Shown one piece after another: positions 11,842 to 24,756 of a stretch of DNA of 64,000 nucleotides. A program made the translations under genes and the position numbers. Each line of letters begins with the position of its first letter. Within the stretch, counting starts at the first letter, position 1. A model generated the notes under the pieces. The model searched no databases, had not been told where the DNA came from, and was given only the letters and a program-made list of their open reading frames with translations. Source of the stretch: Guillardia theta CCMP2712 (Eukaryota; Protista; Cryptophyta); assembly GCF_000315625.1 (NCBI RefSeq), contig NW_005434642.1:221131-285130 (forward strand), in the 5' to 3' direction.

Positions 11842-12508
11842 GGCTCAAACCTCTTTAGACTCCTTGTGCGACGCTCAGAAGGAGCTACCTCGAATCATCC
11901 TCGCACTTCGCCATCCGCCACGCACCCTACCTCGGTCGCCATGGTGCCCTTTCACCAGGGTGACCGCATCCCCACACATACAGTGGAATCATCCCCCTCA
12001 TCCCCATGTTACCCACATCCCCACCCAGATCCCCACCTAGATCCACACTTGCACCAGCACTTGCACCAAGCGATCCTTCATTTATTACTCAAACTTAAGT
12101 GAAAAATTAGTACCTGGACAATCAGGAGAGTAGTAGGAGGCTCGATCCGGTGTAGTTTCCGATCGGGTTGCGACTATACCACCCCACCCCACCCCACTTT
12201 TTACCCCCTCTTCCCTATTGCACCACCCCCGACGATATTATTCCGCCACTTCCTCCTCACCTTCACAGCCATCCCTCCCCTCTCCCTCCCCTCTCCCTCT
12301 CCCTCCCCTCTCCCTCCCTCGCTCCCTCCTTTAATCATTTTCTCTCTCTTCTCCTCCACCCACTCTCCCACTCCCCTCTCGCATCTCGGTGAGGTCTTTT
12401 CAACCTTGGATCCGTTCTTCTAGGACATTCGACGTGCAGGCAAGTGGGCTGTAAGAAATCTTGTTGGGAGAGGAGTCCACTAGTCTGCTCCAACCTTCTC
12501 CAGGAAGG

Positions 12509-13827
12509 ATGGCTGTAGAGCTCCTTGAATTCAAGATCTTTGCACTCTCCGCAGTGATGCTGACGTCACTGGCTGGTGTGCTCCCGCCTATCCTGCGTCC
12601 TGGGATGGGGAAAGGAGGGGCCCATCCTTCTTATTGGTTTTTCCTCATGCGATCGTTCACAGCAGGCGTCATGCTTTCATTAGCATTCGTGCACATCATA
12701 TCAGAGGCATTCGAGGTCATGGATGGCTTGTGCGGGAAGTACCCGATCGCATCTGTGTTCGTCATGTCAGGGCTTGTGCTCATGATCTGTGTTGAGCGCG
12801 GAGCGCTGGATTTCATGTCTCGCAACGATGATGGACATGGGCATCAGATGTCATCGCAAGAGTTTGTGTGCTGTCAGTCCGACATGCACCAGCATTCCCA
12901 CGGGTGCATTCGGCATGCTCACCACAACAGCAGCGACCACACGCAGCCGCTGCAGGAGAAGCTCATGTCGCGATGCTGCAAGGGGCTGGTGCCTGGCTCG
13001 CACCTGCCGGCCGAGCTAGAGGATGAATGTGCAGAGGAGGATGGCTCGGGCGAGAGCCATCAGGAGCACTCCCATGATCATGCTGAGATCCAGCAGGAGT
13101 CGAAGCGGGGTGATCTAGAGAGCGATCTGCTGGAAGGAGGCAAGAAGCCAAAACCGCCTGAGCTGATGCTCGGCATGTTGGAGGTAGGAGTCATCATGCA
13201 CTCCTTGATCATCGGGATGGACCTGGGAGTAATGTCTCAACGGCCTAGCGCGATCGTCGGGCTGGTTGTTGCCCTGTGCTTCCATCAGTTCTTCGAGGGG
13301 CTGGGGTTGGGAACGTGTATCTCCTATGTAGTGCACGACAGCCGGAGTCGCATCTCGAAGAACAAGGTCAGCCACCTCCACCATGGTGTGAGCTCTGACT
13401 GTACGTGAGCAGCTCTTGATCATGGTCTCTTCTTTCGCCCTCACCTTCCCTCTCGGCGTTGCTAGCGGCATCGTCTTCTCCACCATCCCCACCTTCCGAC
13501 CAGGCTCTGAGTTCCAACGGTGGATTCAAGGTATGTGATAGCGTGCCGAAGGGCATGGCAGGTTCAGACTGAAGTTCCTCCTCCTCTTGCAGGATCACTG
13601 GACGGAATCAGTGGGGGTATCCTTGTGTACCTCGGCCTCGTCCACTTCATAGCAGGTATCCCTTCCTCCGCCTTCCTCCCTGCCCTGCCTATCGGTGACG
13701 CCGTGAACCAGAGGACTTCAGCAGGACGGACGTGAACCTGCCCTCCAACGTGCTGCTGCGATGGATGATGGTGTTCTTCATCATCCTGGGGGGGGTCGCC
13801 ATGTCCGTGCTGGCGCTATGGGTGTGA
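12509..13827 (+). CDS. ZIP (ZRT/IRT-like) zinc/iron transporter
   Basis: [18 protein letters not shown]; His-rich loop; [13 protein letters not shown]; [13 protein letters not shown]; [19 protein letters not shown]; ends MSVLALWV*. Confidence 0.95.
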
Positions 13828-13961
13828 AGGGGTCGCGCCATTGTATACTATGAAGTACGTCGTCGAATCTTGCTCCCCTTCTCGTTAACTTCTGTTAGAT
13901 TCTTTCTTTTGCTTGCTTTGTAACTCTATACATACCGTAGCTTGACAGACCCCTCCCTCCC

Positions 13962-14061
13962 NNNNNNNNNNNNNNNNNNNNNNNNNNNNNNNNNNNNNNN
14001 NNNNNNNNNNNNNNNNNNNNNNNNNNNNNNNNNNNNNNNNNNNNNNNNNNNNNNNNNNNNN
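13962..14061. other. Assembly gap (100 N)
   Basis: Run of N. Confidence 1.
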
Positions 14062-15685
14062 GGCCTTGTTCGATGCCACGGGCGAGCATGCCGGCGTCGA
14101 TGCTCCATGGCTGACGACCGCGCGCAGGGACATTGATGTACCTCAAGGAGCCACCGGGGGAGACCTATGCTCGCTTCGCGAGAGACTTTGCTGTCTCGAT
14201 CGATCCCAACTTGGACATCAACCAGAGCTTCAAGCGCGTCATCTCCTCCTTGCCGCCCTTGGACTACTCGAACTTGCCCGAGGACGAGGAGAAGGTGCTG
14301 GAGATGGAGAAGGCATGGTGGAAGGAAGCGGTGTCACAGGTGGTCGGAGAGGAAGCAGCAGGAAGCGAGGTAGTCTCTTCTCGTTCTCCTCTAGCCTATG
14401 ACCAGCATGCTCCCTCCAAGAACTTCGACGGCTACTTCGAGGCGCTCTTTCATCACTTTGGAAAGGGAACAGCATGGGCCCTGTACGCCGACCGATGGCT
14501 CTGTTGGATGGAGCTGAAGGAGGAGCAGGTACCCGGAAGCAACGACCTGCTTGCAAGAGCTAAGGGAGAGAGGATGGGAGGTCGGAATCCTGTCCAACTT
14601 TGACGCAAGACTCGAGCTCATCCTCCGTGACCTGAAGGTCTACCTTTCATCCCCTCCTCCCAGTGCTTCCTCAACCTCCCTCGATCCTGATCCAGTTCCT
14701 GCTCCTTTTTTTTGCGCGCTCACTGCCCCTCCCTTGCTTCCTCCTCCTCCTCCTCCTCCTCCTGACGTCTCTCGTGCACAAGGTCACAGAGCTTGCAAGC
14801 TTCATGGTCCTTCCCAAGAGCGCTAGAGCGCTGAAACCGCAAGAGGAGGCGTTTGCTGCAGCAGTCAGGGCGGCTGATGAAGTTTGGGGAGGGGAGAATC
14901 AAAGTTCTCGCATGCTGCGATGCCTGCATGTCGGAGACAGGTGCCGCACCCTCCTCGTCCTGCTGCTCGGTTCCTCCCACATCTGCGATTTCTTCACTAA
15001 TGCTGCTCGTCTTCCTCCTCCTTCCCCTCCTTCCCCTCCTCCTTCTCCTCCTCATTTCTTGCTGAAACTTTGCTATCGTCAGAACATCTTCTATGCAGCT
15101 CATACTCCTTCCCCTCCTCTGTCTTGACCTCTTCGTTCCTTTTTCCTTGTCACCTTGCTGCTGCTCCTGTGCTTGACTGTCAACCAGCATCCCCTGCGAT
15201 GTCGAAGGAGCTCTCCGCTGCGGGATACACGCAGTCTGCGTGAGTGTCTTGTGAGAGGAGGAGGAAGAAGATTATGACGAGGTTGTTCAGGTTGATAGGA
15301 AGGGAAAACATTCAGATGGACTTCCGCAGTATCCGAGCGAGCAACATGACGTTGTCGCTGATCTGTCGAAGGTGTGTTGGGTTGTCGATAGAGATGGAGA
15401 TGATGGCGGAGATGAAGATGGAGATGATGATGATGATGACTATGATGGTAATAATTATGATATGAGAACAACTCAACCATGAGAATCGCAGAAATGATGA
15501 TGAAGATGGAGGTGAAGCATGGGAATGGAAGTGAAAGTGGAGATTGAGATAGAGTTGATGATGTAGCTGTTGTTTGAAATGACTTTGAATCCCTTCAGGT
15601 CCCTGAGATTGCAGAGCGAGTGCATCCTCGGATCTTGTTTAGCAAGCAGCAGAGCTTCATCAAATCCCTCGATGACATCTCCTAA
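14062..15685 (+). CDS. HAD-like hydrolase, HDHD3/REG-2 type (5' end lost in the gap)
   Basis: LFDAT|GTLM (motif I, across a GC-AG intron 14082-14127); VGILSNFDARL (motif II); KP (motif III); CLHVGD..CDVEGALRCGIHAV (motif IV); stop TAA at 15683-15685. Confidence 0.85.
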
Positions 15686-15901
15686 GATTAAATCATCGCG
15701 TTCTCAAACACTTGAGCGTGCATGTGAAAGATCATTTACACTCCACGTATATTTTCATCCACCTTCGTCCTCCATTCCAATTCCTCCGCTTTTCTGTCCT
15801 CTCCTCCTTCGCTTCTCCTGTTTCCCTCTTGCTCCATTGTCTCGTCTCTCCGTCTTGAACATCCTAACTGCAATCTCTTTCTCTATTTACAAACGCCCAG
15901 A

Positions 15902-17516
15902 TCACCAGAAAGGGCACCATCCTACATAACTTTGACTGAGATTCTCTTNNNNNNNNNNNNNNNNNNNNNNNNNNNNNNNNNNNNNNNNNNNNNNNNNNNN
16001 NNNNNNNNNNNNNNNNNNNNNNNNNNNNNNNNNNNNNNNNNNNNNNNNAGGAGGAGGTGGCGGTGGTGGCGATGGTGGTGGCGATGGTGGAGGAGGAGGA
16101 CCTTTGTTCGCCCGCAGCACTTTCATCACGCTCTCACAAGTGAAGCGAAACGTTCCCTCAATCCCCGAGACCTGCAGGGCTCAGCTCAGGCAGAGGAGGA
16201 AGGAGGAACAAGGACGGGAAGAAGGGGCGTATGCCCGAGGAAAATAAGCAGTTGATGATTTAGACGTTAGGGCAAGAGGAGGAGAACGAGGACGATGACG
16301 ATGACGAGGACGATGACGATGACGAGGAGGACGAGGAGGAGGAAAGGGGCAGGAAGAGCAGGAGCAGGAGCAGGGAGGAGGGGGTAAGCGAGCAGGCCTT
16401 TACCTCCATCGCGTTGACTAGCATGCGGGTCAACCTGAACGGAACTTTCTCCGGGAATTTCTCTCGTTGCATCGCGACCTGGAAGGAATAAGGTCAGGAA
16501 TTCGGTTCTCTCCGACTCAAACCCTCGAGCAAAATTTGAAATTGTCATGCTGTCCAGCTGATTTCACCTCGAAGCAATCGCCGAAGTCGATGTGGACGAT
16601 CTTGCCCGTGTACTTGTGCAGCATGAGGTTGGAAGGGTGACGGTCGCCGAGCCCGAGGATGTACCCGACCATGGACATGAGAGCGAGCGACCGCGTGTAG
16701 TTGGTCCTCCTCAGCAGCCAGTCCTCTGCGTTGTTGCTCTTGAGCCAGAGCACCTGCTCCTTCCGTCAGGGCAAGGAGAGACTGGGAGCAGGAGGATGAA
16801 GCAGGAAGCAGGAGCTGGAGACGCCGTGCAGGAAACACCGCAACAGCGAGGAGGAAGGAACCTGATGTGAGGAGACAGGACAGGAGAACGAGGAGGAGAG
16901 AGGAAGGAAGAGAGAGGAAGCTGGAGAGAGGGGCAGGGAGTGGAAGGAGACGTACCTTGTTGAGGTCCTGCCCGGTGGTGCTGGTGAGTGCGTGCTGGAA
17001 GACCTCGACCTTGCCGATGACGGGAAGGTTCTCGAAGTCAGGGGCCATGGCGAGCATCAGGCGGTTCTCGATGTTGAGGAGGATCTTTCGGTTTTCGCGG
17101 TACTCCCGCACGAGGATGTGCAGCGTGTCGCAGTCAGGGACCCACTCGATGAGCCCTGAGTTGGGTGAGAGCGGGATGACGGAGTACCGTACGATCTGCA
17201 GGTCCCTGCGCGAGCACTCGCGATCGTTGTGGAGGAGCGTGTTCACCAGGCCAAACAGCTGCATTACCCTCTCGTCCTGTTCCCCACCGTGAGATTCCTT
17301 CTGAAGCTCAAGCTCTTCACCTCTCCCGCCCTCCCCCTCCCGTCTCCCTCCCTCTTAGCAAGCACTCCTCGCTTCTGGTACCCTTCCGCATCAGCCGCTG
17401 TCTCCAAACTCATACCTGTACTCTCTCGCTTCTGCCCTGCTCTCCTTCATCTCCGCCCTCTGATCACTTTGTCTTTCTCGTCCTCGTCCTCCTCCCCCAC
17501 TCTCTACTCTTCCGCA

Positions 17517-17565
<49 letters not shown>

Positions 17566-20500
17566 TCTTCCTTCCCCCCACTTGCCCCTTCCCCCTCCTC
17601 CTTATCCTCCTCCTCTCACCTGCCGTAGATCCTCGTGCCCTTTGAGCAGGTACTGGTATGGCTTTCCGTTGGAGCCTATCATCGTGCACTTCCTCGGCCT
17701 CTGCTTCGACGTGATGATCGACAGTGTCTCCTCAACCGACTGGATCGACACGATCGGCTCCCCTGGCCGGTACTGCCCGGGAATCGAGAGCTCAAGGTCC
17801 TTGGCAGCCTTGAGCTCCGGGCTCGCGTGCTCCAACTCGATGGAGGTGATGCGGCCGAGGAGCTTGTTGATAGTGCGGAAGACGTTGTAGTAGTTCTCCC
17901 ACGCCTTCTGCAGGTCCTTTTCCTGCTTCGACTGGCAGTACTTGTCACAAAACTCCTTGGCCTCGTCAAGGTTCTGCCCGAGCTTCTGCTGGAATTCCAG
18001 CTCCCGCTGCGTCTGCGCTCCCCTCTGCAGGAGCTCGTGCATCGGCCGCAGCACCGCAAACATCCCATCGATGTTCCCCTCGGCAAAGTAGAGCCTGCTC
18101 GCCTCCTCCAGCGCCTCGTGCCACATCTCGATCCACAAGATGGCCACGCGGATCAACTCCTTGCTCACCAGCTTCGCCTGCTCGACCAGCAGCGGGGCAA
18201 ACCCCTCCATCTCGCTCAGGATCTTCTTGGCCGCGTCCCGCCGGGCCTGGATGTGCGACTTACTTGCCACCGTCACCGGGTAGATCAGAGCTTGAGGATG
18301 CGCCTTGCCGATGCGGATGAGGAGGTTGTGGATGGAGTTGCGGATCACTGCGTCGGGCGAGTTGATGCGCGCGATGATCTGGGGGATGACATCCAGCCAG
18401 GTCTCTATGGGGAGGATGTTGAACCCCTCCGCCAGTGCGCGTTCGACCTCTGCGATGGACCCGTACCGGAACCAGAGGGTGAGGAGACGGAGGATATCCT
18501 GCTGGACGTGCCCGCGAGCGTTGGAGACCCCGAGGGCGATGGAACGGATGAAGCCGTTGACCGCCGCGACCACGTAGGGGATGCCGCCAGCACGGTTGCG
18601 CTGCTGCTTGTTCTCGTTGTAGGAGACGATGTCAAAGTTGAAGAGAGCCCAGTGGTGCCAGGCCTTGTACCAGTTCTTGTTCAGGATGGTGGCGTTCCGG
18701 TAGGCGGAGAGGATGAGCCCGAAGTCGTTCTGCTGCGGCGACTCGTGGAGTTCCTGCGTCCACATGCCGACCTTGAGGTGGCAGCGGGCTTGCAGCGTGT
18801 GCGACCCTCGCTGTGCCCTGATGAACTCCTGCAGCGTTACGAGAGCCTGCTCCCGCTGCCCCGTGTACCAGATGTACTTTAGCCATGCAAACCCGATCTC
18901 GGGGTCCACGGAGGGGGAGAAGGGAGACTCCAGCTGCTGCAACTGCTCGTTGTAGTTGAGCAGCTTGGTAAGGGCCTTGTAGCAGAGGCTGCTCCGCCCA
19001 GTCTTGCGGCAGAGGGAAGCATACTTGAGCCATGCTTCCGAGTACTCCCGCGGGGGGATCACCAGGCTGTGGATGGCCAGCAGGCTCTGCCAGACCTCCA
19101 CGTTCGCTTGCGCCCCGAATAGCCTCTGAGTCCACATGTGCCGGATGTGCTCGCAGGCCGGCAGCGCGTCCATGGCCTTTGCGCGCTTGAACTGGAGCAC
19201 CTCCTCCAGCTCCGTCACCTGCTGCGTGATCACCACGGCCTTGTATGCTCGCTCGTAGCTCTCGCTCACGAGGGCCGTCAGCTGCGTGTCCAGCAGCCTT
19301 CTCGTCACCTCCAGCTTCTCCTGCGCCTCATCCAACGCGTCCCCGTGCACAAGGAACATCGCCTTATACATGCAGCCCTCCACTGACTTGGGGTCCATGG
19401 CTTCGATGTACATGGCCAGCTGCTCTACGTCCCCGATCTGACAGGCAGCGGCAGCTCCCAACGGGGCGATGCGAGAGCGAGCATCAGGTAGAGCCGAGCT
19501 CCATGCCGCTTCTGTCATGTCCTTGAGCTGCTCCCACTCCCCTAGCGCCTGCAAGCACCGCATGCATCCCTCCTGCGCCTCCGCCGCCTGCTCCGTCTTG
19601 AGCCGCTGGCGGTAGGCGTCGAGAGCCTCCTCCCACTTGTGAAGCTTCTCGTACCAGGACTCTTTCACCTCTAGGTTGAGGCACTTCTGCGCGTGGACGA
19701 GGAGGCCGTTGGCCGCCTCTGTGTGGCCCAGGAAGTTGTTGATGGAGATGAGCGACTGGATGGCGGTATGAGGGGACCCCAAGAACTCCATCTCCTTGTA
19801 GTGCAGCGCCTTGGCGTACGCCTGGCACTTCTCGGCAACGGCCCCGAGCTTCGGGATCTTGATGGGAAGAGGCTTCTCGTCGTGATCCATGAACTCGGCA
19901 AGGGAGAGCAGAGTCTGCAGCACCTCGGGCGGGATGTTGGGACTTTTCTCAGGGGAAAAAGCGATCTCCAGCGAGCGCATGAGCGAGTCCCGGTAGCTCT
20001 CGTACAACTCCATCCAGCAGCTCAAGAACGCAGCGTTGAAGAGCTCACGAGCAAGAGGGTGGTACACTTGCGCGAGGGCCGCACAGGATCGGAGAGCAGG
20101 GGAAGGGCTCTCTCGCAAGAGCTCCACAGCAAACCTCCTCATCCAGTCAGCCCAGTCTTCCTTGGTGCTCCTATGCGAAGCTTCCCATGCTCGCTTCAAG
20201 TTGGGCTGGTTGACTGCGATCTTCCTCACTTGACCTGTGTCAAGTACAGACTCCAACGAGCTCGAGTTGCTCCCAAGAGTCCCCAGCTCCTCCGTCGGGT
20301 AGTCATCCAGCGTGAGGACCTCGCCGCTTCTGAGCCGTTCGAGGAGCATCTGGTATCTCCCAACCCCATCGTTGACGCGCTTCCTGACGATGATCTTGGT
20401 CAACATGGGCTCGAAGAGGAAGAACCGTTGGCCCAGCGCGTTCATCAGCGCACAAATGGTGATGATGGCTGGTTTGTAGAGCGAGTCGATCGGGCCTTCG

Positions 20501-23500
20501 AGGATGCGAACAAGAGGGTGAATGATCTTTGAGGCAAAGTCCGAGATGTTCAGCCTCAAACTCATCCTCCCGATCCACTGGATCGCAGCTACCCTTACAT
20601 CCAGCTTCGAGTCCTCCTGCTCGGCGATGGCAACGATGGCAGGGATGATGACATCCAAGTAGAGCTCCAAGTTCGCGTCCATGAGCTCGAGGGCGTACAT
20701 CACCTTCTGGCAGGTCATCGGTCTGCTCCTTGCGTTCTCCTTGTTGAGGGCTCCGAGGAGTTTGGGGATGAGAGGAGAAACGTAGACCTTGAATTCGTCC
20801 TTGAGCGCTGATGTGATCTCCCCTATCAGGAAGAGCATTTGCGGCTGCAGAGACTGCTGGTTCCAGAACTCGTGGATCAGCTCAAAGATCCCGGGTAGGT
20901 AAGGGCGGATGTGCTGCTTGACGATCGAGACGAGGAGTCCGAGCTGCTGGAACAGGAAATCTCGCAGCTGCTGCTGATGGGATCGCAGCAGGTTAAGAAT
21001 GGGGTCCATCATCTGGGGCAGGAGGGTCGCGCACTTGAGCCCGAGAGTTCGGAAGATGAACATCACGGCCTGGATTACCATCTGGTGGTAACTGCTGAGC
21101 GACTGGTCGTTGAGGATCTTGACCAGCTTTGACACGGCCACTGTAGGATAGTACTCGTCTGTGGAGGGGCCAGGGAGTTCCTCCTCCCTCCTCCACTTCT
21201 CCGCAGAGAAAGTGATGGGAAGGCCGCTGCTGTTTCTCGTCTGTCGCATCTTGAGGATGTGCGGGTCGACGGCTCCTAAGATTCCCATCACCTTCAGCAG
21301 CTCCTGCCGGATCTCGTTGGTCTGCTCAGCCTGAAGTCTCTTTAGCATGATGGAGAGCAGATTGGGGTACGTCTTGTAGGGCTCAACCACGAAGCCAGTG
21401 TTCTGCACGAGCAAGCCGAGGGTCTTGGTAGCGACCCTCCTCTTGTTCGTGTTGCTCTGGTCCTGCAGCGCCTCCATCATGAGATAGAAGATGTCGTCCT
21501 TCCGCTTCAGCACGTCGTAGCTCCCGACGTGCGAAAGGACTCCAACTGTGTTGAGCACGTTGGCAGCGACAGTCGGGTTCGAGTCCTGCAACTTTGGGAG
21601 GATGGCGTCAAGGATCGATGACACGTATGGTTTGACTAGATGATGTCCCGCAAGGATGACATGCTGCAGCAGTCTTGTGCTCTTCTCCTTCTTGTCCTGC
21701 ATGAACAAAGGTCAGCAAGATTCCTCGGCAACAGACGGTCAAACCTCCCCTCCAAACTCAAGGGCGGTGAGCAGCTGGATCAAGACCTTTCTAAGGCCAG
21801 GGAACACGTGGGCTGGGTTGCAGAGAGTAAGCCTGGTCAGGATGCGAATGGCAGCTTCTTGCACGTTGAAGACTTCATCGTTGAGGGCAACAAAGAGAGA
21901 GTCGATGCAGTGAGACTGAGCGAGGAAGTAGTCGAAGCGGGGGCCGAGGCACTCCAAGACTATCACTCGGATCTGCGGGTCAGAGTCGCTGACCGCCGTC
22001 ACGAGCAGCCTCTCCAGGATCTCAGAGACCACTATGGCAGTCCGCCCTCGCTTCGGGACCGTCTCTCCTGGCCTTAGCAGCAGGTTGCTGCAAGTTTGCG
22101 CTGCCGTTAGTCGCACCATCCTACTCTGATCGTCGAGGTACTGGGAGACACAGTCCTTGACAAACTCGCAGAGCTGGTTGCCCGTGAAATCGAAAGACGT
22201 CAAGGCATGCAGAGCTTGAATGACAGCATTCTGTCGCCCTTTTGCTGTCCCAGAATGCACGCTCATCACTCCTCCCCTGACAAGAATGTCAGCGTGCGAT
22301 TTTGGGGGAGAAATCGTCTCAAATTTCAGCAAGAAAGATGAAAAGTAGGCGAATGAGATTGAAAATGAGGAGAGAGGGAGCTGAACAAGCTATTACCGGA
22401 GAGGGACGATGCGCCTTGAGTTGGGAGTCCCAGAGGGTTGATACGGAGTTCGTTGTAGGGTGAAAGAAATGCTATCTAAGAGCTTCATCTGAATGTCTGG
22501 CAAGAGCAATGGCATCGATTTCCCGATCTGAGACAACGAAGAGATCAGCGCAGGAGTTAGGTTGCCCTCTGACCCGGCCAGCATCTGTTCTATCAGTTCT
22601 GGCATCCTTTCATTGAGGACGACGTGGCTCGAGTCCACCGTGGTGAGCGATGCCAGGCACTGGGGGGCCTCGAAGCAGAAAGGTTTACGAGGGGTCGGAG
22701 TGATTCCATCTTGAACCAGATTCATGACGTCATCCACAAAAGACTCGATCACCCACGCTCCTGCAACCTTGACGATGGCCCCCAGTGAGACAAAGGCCGC
22801 CGAGCTCTCGTTGCCCCTCTTCAGAGTCGCGAGGAGGTACTTGATGCAATCTTCGGCGTACGCAGCTCTGAATTCCTCCTCGTCGATCTTGGCCACAGTG
22901 GGAAGAATGGAAATCACTGTGCGCCGAATCAGCGCGTCTCTGTGGTCCTTATACGCCATAGTGGTCTCCCACATTGCTGACAACGTCGCGCTTGCTGGTA
23001 TATCAGGCGCGATGTTGGGCAGGCTCAAGAGTTCACCCATCACAAGGAGCGATCCATGGACTCCTTCTATGCTGTTTGTGTGGAAACTTTTCTCAGCCTC
23101 TTCGTAAACGGCCGTGAACCACTTCTTCCGCACCACAAAGTCCCTCTCCGCTATGATGGTCATGCACGCTCTCAAGCTCTCGATGGCTGCCTCGCGGATG
23201 ATCTGCTTCTGATCGCGGATTCCTACCCAAATAGATTTCAGGTACGACGGAACATGCATGAAGAACAACGTTGGCGCATTTGTAGCTAGCTCCTTGCATA
23301 CCAAAAGACTCGCTAGCTTCTGATGTTCGGAGCGCTTTGAAGTGTTCAAGCCTTCAAGAGCCCTCTTCATTTCAAACTCAACGAAATCAGCTGTCAAAGT
23401 CCCTCCCGACTGTGCCAAGTGACCGAGAACTTTGCTCGCCATTATCATAGTGCCAACATCGTTGCATGGTAGCACAAGGCGCAGGTAGTTTGCGAACCTG

Positions 23501-23805
23501 GTGATCAGAGTAGACGTCTCCTCGCATTCAAAGTCGATCAAAGAATCCATCGCGTTGATTCCGCCCATCTTTTCGCAGGGGTCGTCGCTCTTTACTAGGT
23601 CGAATATTCTCTTGTTCAGCTCCGTTATGAACCCACTGAACTCCTCCCTGGACATCTGCCTTGATTCCATCTCCACCGCAGACCGCAGCTCCCCCATGGC
23701 TTTCCTCTGCGTGTGCTCATTCCTGCTGCGAAGATCTACGAGAATTTTCTCAGTCGTGTTAGGCAGCGCTCTGTTTGAAGCATGCACATTGGTAGGTGGC
23801 GCCAT
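15902..23805 (-). CDS. TOR: Serine/threonine-protein kinase TOR
   Basis: HEAT repeats (TRFANYLR..), [22 protein letters not shown] domain, FRB ([29 protein letters not shown]), [55 protein letters not shown] ending YVGWCPFW*. Part of the C-terminal region lies in the second gap. Confidence 0.98.
15949..16048. other. Assembly gap (100 N) inside the TOR 3' region
   Basis: Run of N. Confidence 1.
17518..17563. repeat. (CTCCTG)n hexamer microsatellite in a TOR intron
   Basis: Directly visible; the same unit on the opposite strand occurs at ~28391-28483. Confidence 0.9.
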
Positions 23806-24756
23806 TGCAACTCCGGGTACAAACTCAGAGTCCAGTGTCTACACCCGATCACGAGCCCTAATGTCCTTGCTCATGATCGAGATGGTGTTACCAGCCTAAG
23901 GTGTCCACCCGTGTATGACTCGAAAAATCTCGTTGTGAGGGTTCAAACAGAAATTTACAGGCGTTTTTCTTCCAGGCAGTTTTTCGTCGAGCGTGCTGGA
24001 AGCAATACGACTTTTACGATGTCTGTATCATGAGCTATCCCACAGAAGCGGGGGGCGAGCACAGAAAACCAAACCAACTTCGTGTGCAGGACAGTGGAAC
24101 ATACCTAAGAGGAAGGAAGACGCTCCGTTGTCTCGTCCCTCCTCCTCTCTTCTACCGTCAGCATGCACTACCGGCGGATCACTATGAGACCTCTCAGGAG
24201 GGGTAACCGGTACTTGAGGCTGGAATTAGTAGGGTGGGAGTTTCGACCCACCCTCATTTCTCAACCTCAGCTTTCTACCCACCCTCCAGGTGTAGAGAAC
24301 AATCACCATATACCAAGGACTGCATATCTCTGCTATTTTATATTTATTTTCATAAGTGAAATTGCAATACTCCATGTGTGTAGCGATATGTAACACCCTT
24401 ACCTCAACATCACCCCCACTTCCATTTTCACCCCACCCCATCGATTACACCCCCTTCCCTAAGAGTACTCGAGGGGTAACGGAGGGAAACAAACCAATCG
24501 AGGGGGTGGGGTATTTTTTACCCCCTTATAAATGAGATGATTTGAAGGCAAATGAAGGGGTGATATTATCCAAAAAGTTATAATGGTGGGTGGGGTGTTC
24601 ATCAATAACAGTCAATGTAACGCAAAGTAAAAGCACAAACGAAGGGGTAGTCGAACACGAAGTTGAGGAGGTAGGGTACTCCACCCCCTACGATTCAGTG
24701 AGGAGAGTACGGGAGTAGAGGGGTGGGTAGCCTGGTGGACCGGGCAACAGAGCATC

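Noticed and set aside
17635-20532. Long + strand ORFs (415 aa, 279 aa) opposite TOR
   Set aside because: Antisense shadows caused by GC3-rich codon usage; no domain signal.
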